Shown here: one piece after another, positions 33,422-35,166 of the stretch
How positions within the stretch are numbered: the stretch's first letter is position 1
Layout: each line of letters begins with the position of its first letter
Origin: Bacteroidota bacterium
GTDB taxonomy: Bacteria > Bacteroidota > Bacteroidia > AKYH767-A > OLB10
Direction: 5' to 3'
Assembly (NCBI GenBank): GCA_031423735.1
Contig: JANPGA010000023.1
Span: forward strand, 1 to 35,166
DNA: 35,166 nt
Notes under the pieces: model-generated
Told to the model about the DNA's origin: nothing
Database searches by the model: none
Seen by the model: only the letters and a program-made list of their open reading frames with translations
Program-made: the position numbers and the translations under genes

Positions 33422-35163
33422 ACAACAGTAAATTTTTTGTTTGCATAATTGCATTGATGATCGTAATCTCTTCTTGCAGTAGTTCTAAAAAAACTACTGT
33501 AAAATCACCTTCATCAAAAAATAATTCTGCTATAACAGAAGAACAGAATGTAGAAGCAACTTATTCGTTTTTTAATGCTGTTAAAGAAAAATTAATTGGT
33601 AATCCTGAAAAGGCTGCTAGCGAATTTGCAAATTGTTTACGAAAAGATCCTAAGAATCATGCGGCAATGTATGAGCTTGCATCTATCTATAACGATAATA
33701 AAAAATATTCTGATGCATTATTTTTTGCAAAGAGTGCAAATGAGTTGGATCCCAAAAATGAATGGTATGCTTTGCTTCTTGCAGATTGTTACGAGAAAAC
33801 AGGAAAGCATAATGATGCTGAAAATACGTATCAAAAATTAATAAAAGATCATCCTGATCGTGTTGAATTTTATTTCAACATGGCGGAGGCGCAACTCTAT
33901 CAAAATAAAATTCAAGATGCTATTAAAACATATGATTTAGCGGAAAAGAAAATTGGTGTTAGTCGTGATTTAATTTTTCAAAAACAACGTCTCTATTTAA
34001 AACTTGGTAAAGTTCCCGAAGCTGCAAATGAACTTGAAAAATTAATTAAATCAGAGCCCAATAATCTTGATTATTATTCTTTGTTAGTAGAAGTTTATCA
34101 GGTTAATAATATGCCTGAAAAAGCTTTTGAAGTGATACAACGCATGCAAGCGATCAATCCAGAAAATCCAAATGTAGCATTATCTCTTGCAGAGTATTAT
34201 CGTAGTAAAGGGCAAAAAGCTGAGTCGTTTGAGCAATTGAAAAAAGCTTTTCAAAGTAAAGATCTTGGCAGCGAAACAAAAATTAGAGTACTTACAAGTT
34301 ATCTTCCATTAGTGGGTGATAATCCTGAGCTGTTAACACAAGCGTTAGAGCTAAGTAAGGAAATGAGCATTGTTCATAAGAATGAAGCAAATCCGCAAGC
34401 CGTTTATGGTGACTTTTTAGCAATCAGTAATAAATATGAGGAAGCACGTGTACAATATCGGGCATCTTTAGCGATTGATAAAAAGAATTTACAAGCTTGG
34501 CAACAACTTTTAATTGCTGAATCAAACTTACGTGATTTTGTTGCAATGGAAAAAGAAAGTGAAGATGCTTTAGCATTATTTGCTGATCAAAGTATCATCT
34601 ACTTATTTAATGGGATCGCCAAGATTCAAAATAAAAAATACGAAGAAGCTTCTAAAGTTTTACTTTCTGGAAGCAAAATGGTGGTTGATAATGATGCACA
34701 ATTAATTGAATTTTATTCAAACCTAGGCGATTGTTTTAATAATTTAAAGAAGTTCGAAGAATCAGATAAGTATTATGATAAAGCATTATTGATTGATCCG
34801 AATAATGCTTTTGTATTAAACAATTATGCTTATTATTTATCCATTAGAAAGGAGAAGTTGGAAAAAGCTGCCGAGATGTCGAAGAAATGTAATGAGCTTA
34901 CGCCAACATCCTCTAATAACCAAGATACCTATGCATGGGTGTTATATGCTCAAGGTAAATACCAAGAAGCAAAAACATGGCTTGATAAAGCGATGGCTGG
35001 TGATGGTGGTAAAAATGGAACTATTCTAGAGCACTATGGTGATGTTTTATTTCGCTTAGGACAAATTGATGATGCATTAATTTATTGGAATAAAGCTAAG
35101 CTCACAACTGATCATAGTGAGTTTCTTGATAGAAAGATTGCTGACAAAAAAATTTATGAGTAA
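33418..35163 (+). CDS. Tetratricopeptide-repeat (TPR) lipoprotein
   Basis: Lipoprotein signal MNNSKFFVCIIALMIVISSCSS, followed by many 34-aa TPR-like units (e.g. AMYELASIYNDNKKYSDALFFAKSANELDPKN; AFVLNNYAYYLSIRKEKLEKAAEMSKKCNELTP). ATGA overlap with the upstream nucleotidyltransferase gene. Confidence 0.85.
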   Translation: MNNSKFFVCIIALMIVISSCSSSKKTTVKSPSSKNNSAITEEQNVEATYSFFNAVKEKLIGNPEKAASEFANCLRKDPKNHAAMYELASIYNDNKKYSDALFFAKSANELDPKNEWYALLLADCYEKTGKHNDAENTYQKLIKDHPDRVEFYFNMAEAQLYQNKIQDAIKTYDLAEKKIGVSRDLIFQKQRLYLKLGKVPEAANELEKLIKSEPNNLDYYSLLVEVYQVNNMPEKAFEVIQRMQAINPENPNVALSLAEYYRSKGQKAESFEQLKKAFQSKDLGSETKIRVLTSYLPLVGDNPELLTQALELSKEMSIVHKNEANPQAVYGDFLAISNKYEEARVQYRASLAIDKKNLQAWQQLLIAESNLRDFVAMEKESEDALALFADQSIIYLFNGIAKIQNKKYEEASKVLLSGSKMVVDNDAQLIEFYSNLGDCFNNLKKFEESDKYYDKALLIDPNNAFVLNNYAYYLSIRKEKLEKAAEMSKKCNELTPTSSNNQDTYAWVLYAQGKYQEAKTWLDKAMAGDGGKNGTILEHYGDVLFRLGQIDDALIYWNKAKLTTDHSEFLDRKIADKKIYE

Positions 35164-35166
35164 CCA

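Overview
AT-rich chromosomal segment that looks like Bacteroidota: it carries PorP/SprF and type B T9SS sorting-domain families, TAnnTTTG-type promoter boxes and no obvious Shine-Dalgarno use. I support 29 protein-coding genes (one runs off the 5' edge), one tRNA-Gln, and several small repeats and hairpins. There are no rRNA genes, CRISPR arrays, transposases or integrases.

Left third (1-10.1 kb), mostly housekeeping:
- partial M3-like peptidase
- WecA/MraY-type phosphoglycosyltransferase
- SLT+LysM lytic transglycosylase
- tRNA-Gln followed by a triplicated 21-bp repeat/terminator
- GNAT acetyltransferase
- a MarR-pirin-Tag operon
- a methionine/glutamine-type aminotransferase paired with an omega-amidase
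- an M28 peptidase

Centre (10.2-31.0 kb): one co-directional, minus-strand block of 15 tightly packed genes. It is a Wzx/Wzy-type polysaccharide locus (Wza, Wzc-like, Wzx, Wzy, five glycosyltransferases, acetyltransferase, methyltransferase).

Two features of this block are unusual:
1. A kinase / nucleotidyltransferase-P-loop / methyltransferase trio sits next to Wzy.
2. A T9SS cargo gene (six-bladed NHL propeller, Ig-like repeats, PKD, type B C-terminal domain) and a PorP/SprF::TSP3::OmpA fusion gene are coupled by ATGA overlaps between a WchF/DUF1972-type glycosyltransferase and a second WecA-like initiating transferase. I consider this the best candidate for an undescribed functional module, in which surface-protein secretion or anchoring is linked to a lipid-linked glycan.

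Right end (31.0-35.2 kb): dut; an antisense four-helix-bundle (23S rRNA IVS/Avd-like) gene inside a cassette bracketed by inverted AATGAGG heptamer arrays and duplicated 26-bp palindromic elements; a sugar-phosphate nucleotidyltransferase; and a TPR lipoprotein.

All functional calls come from motifs I read in the translations. No database search was run.
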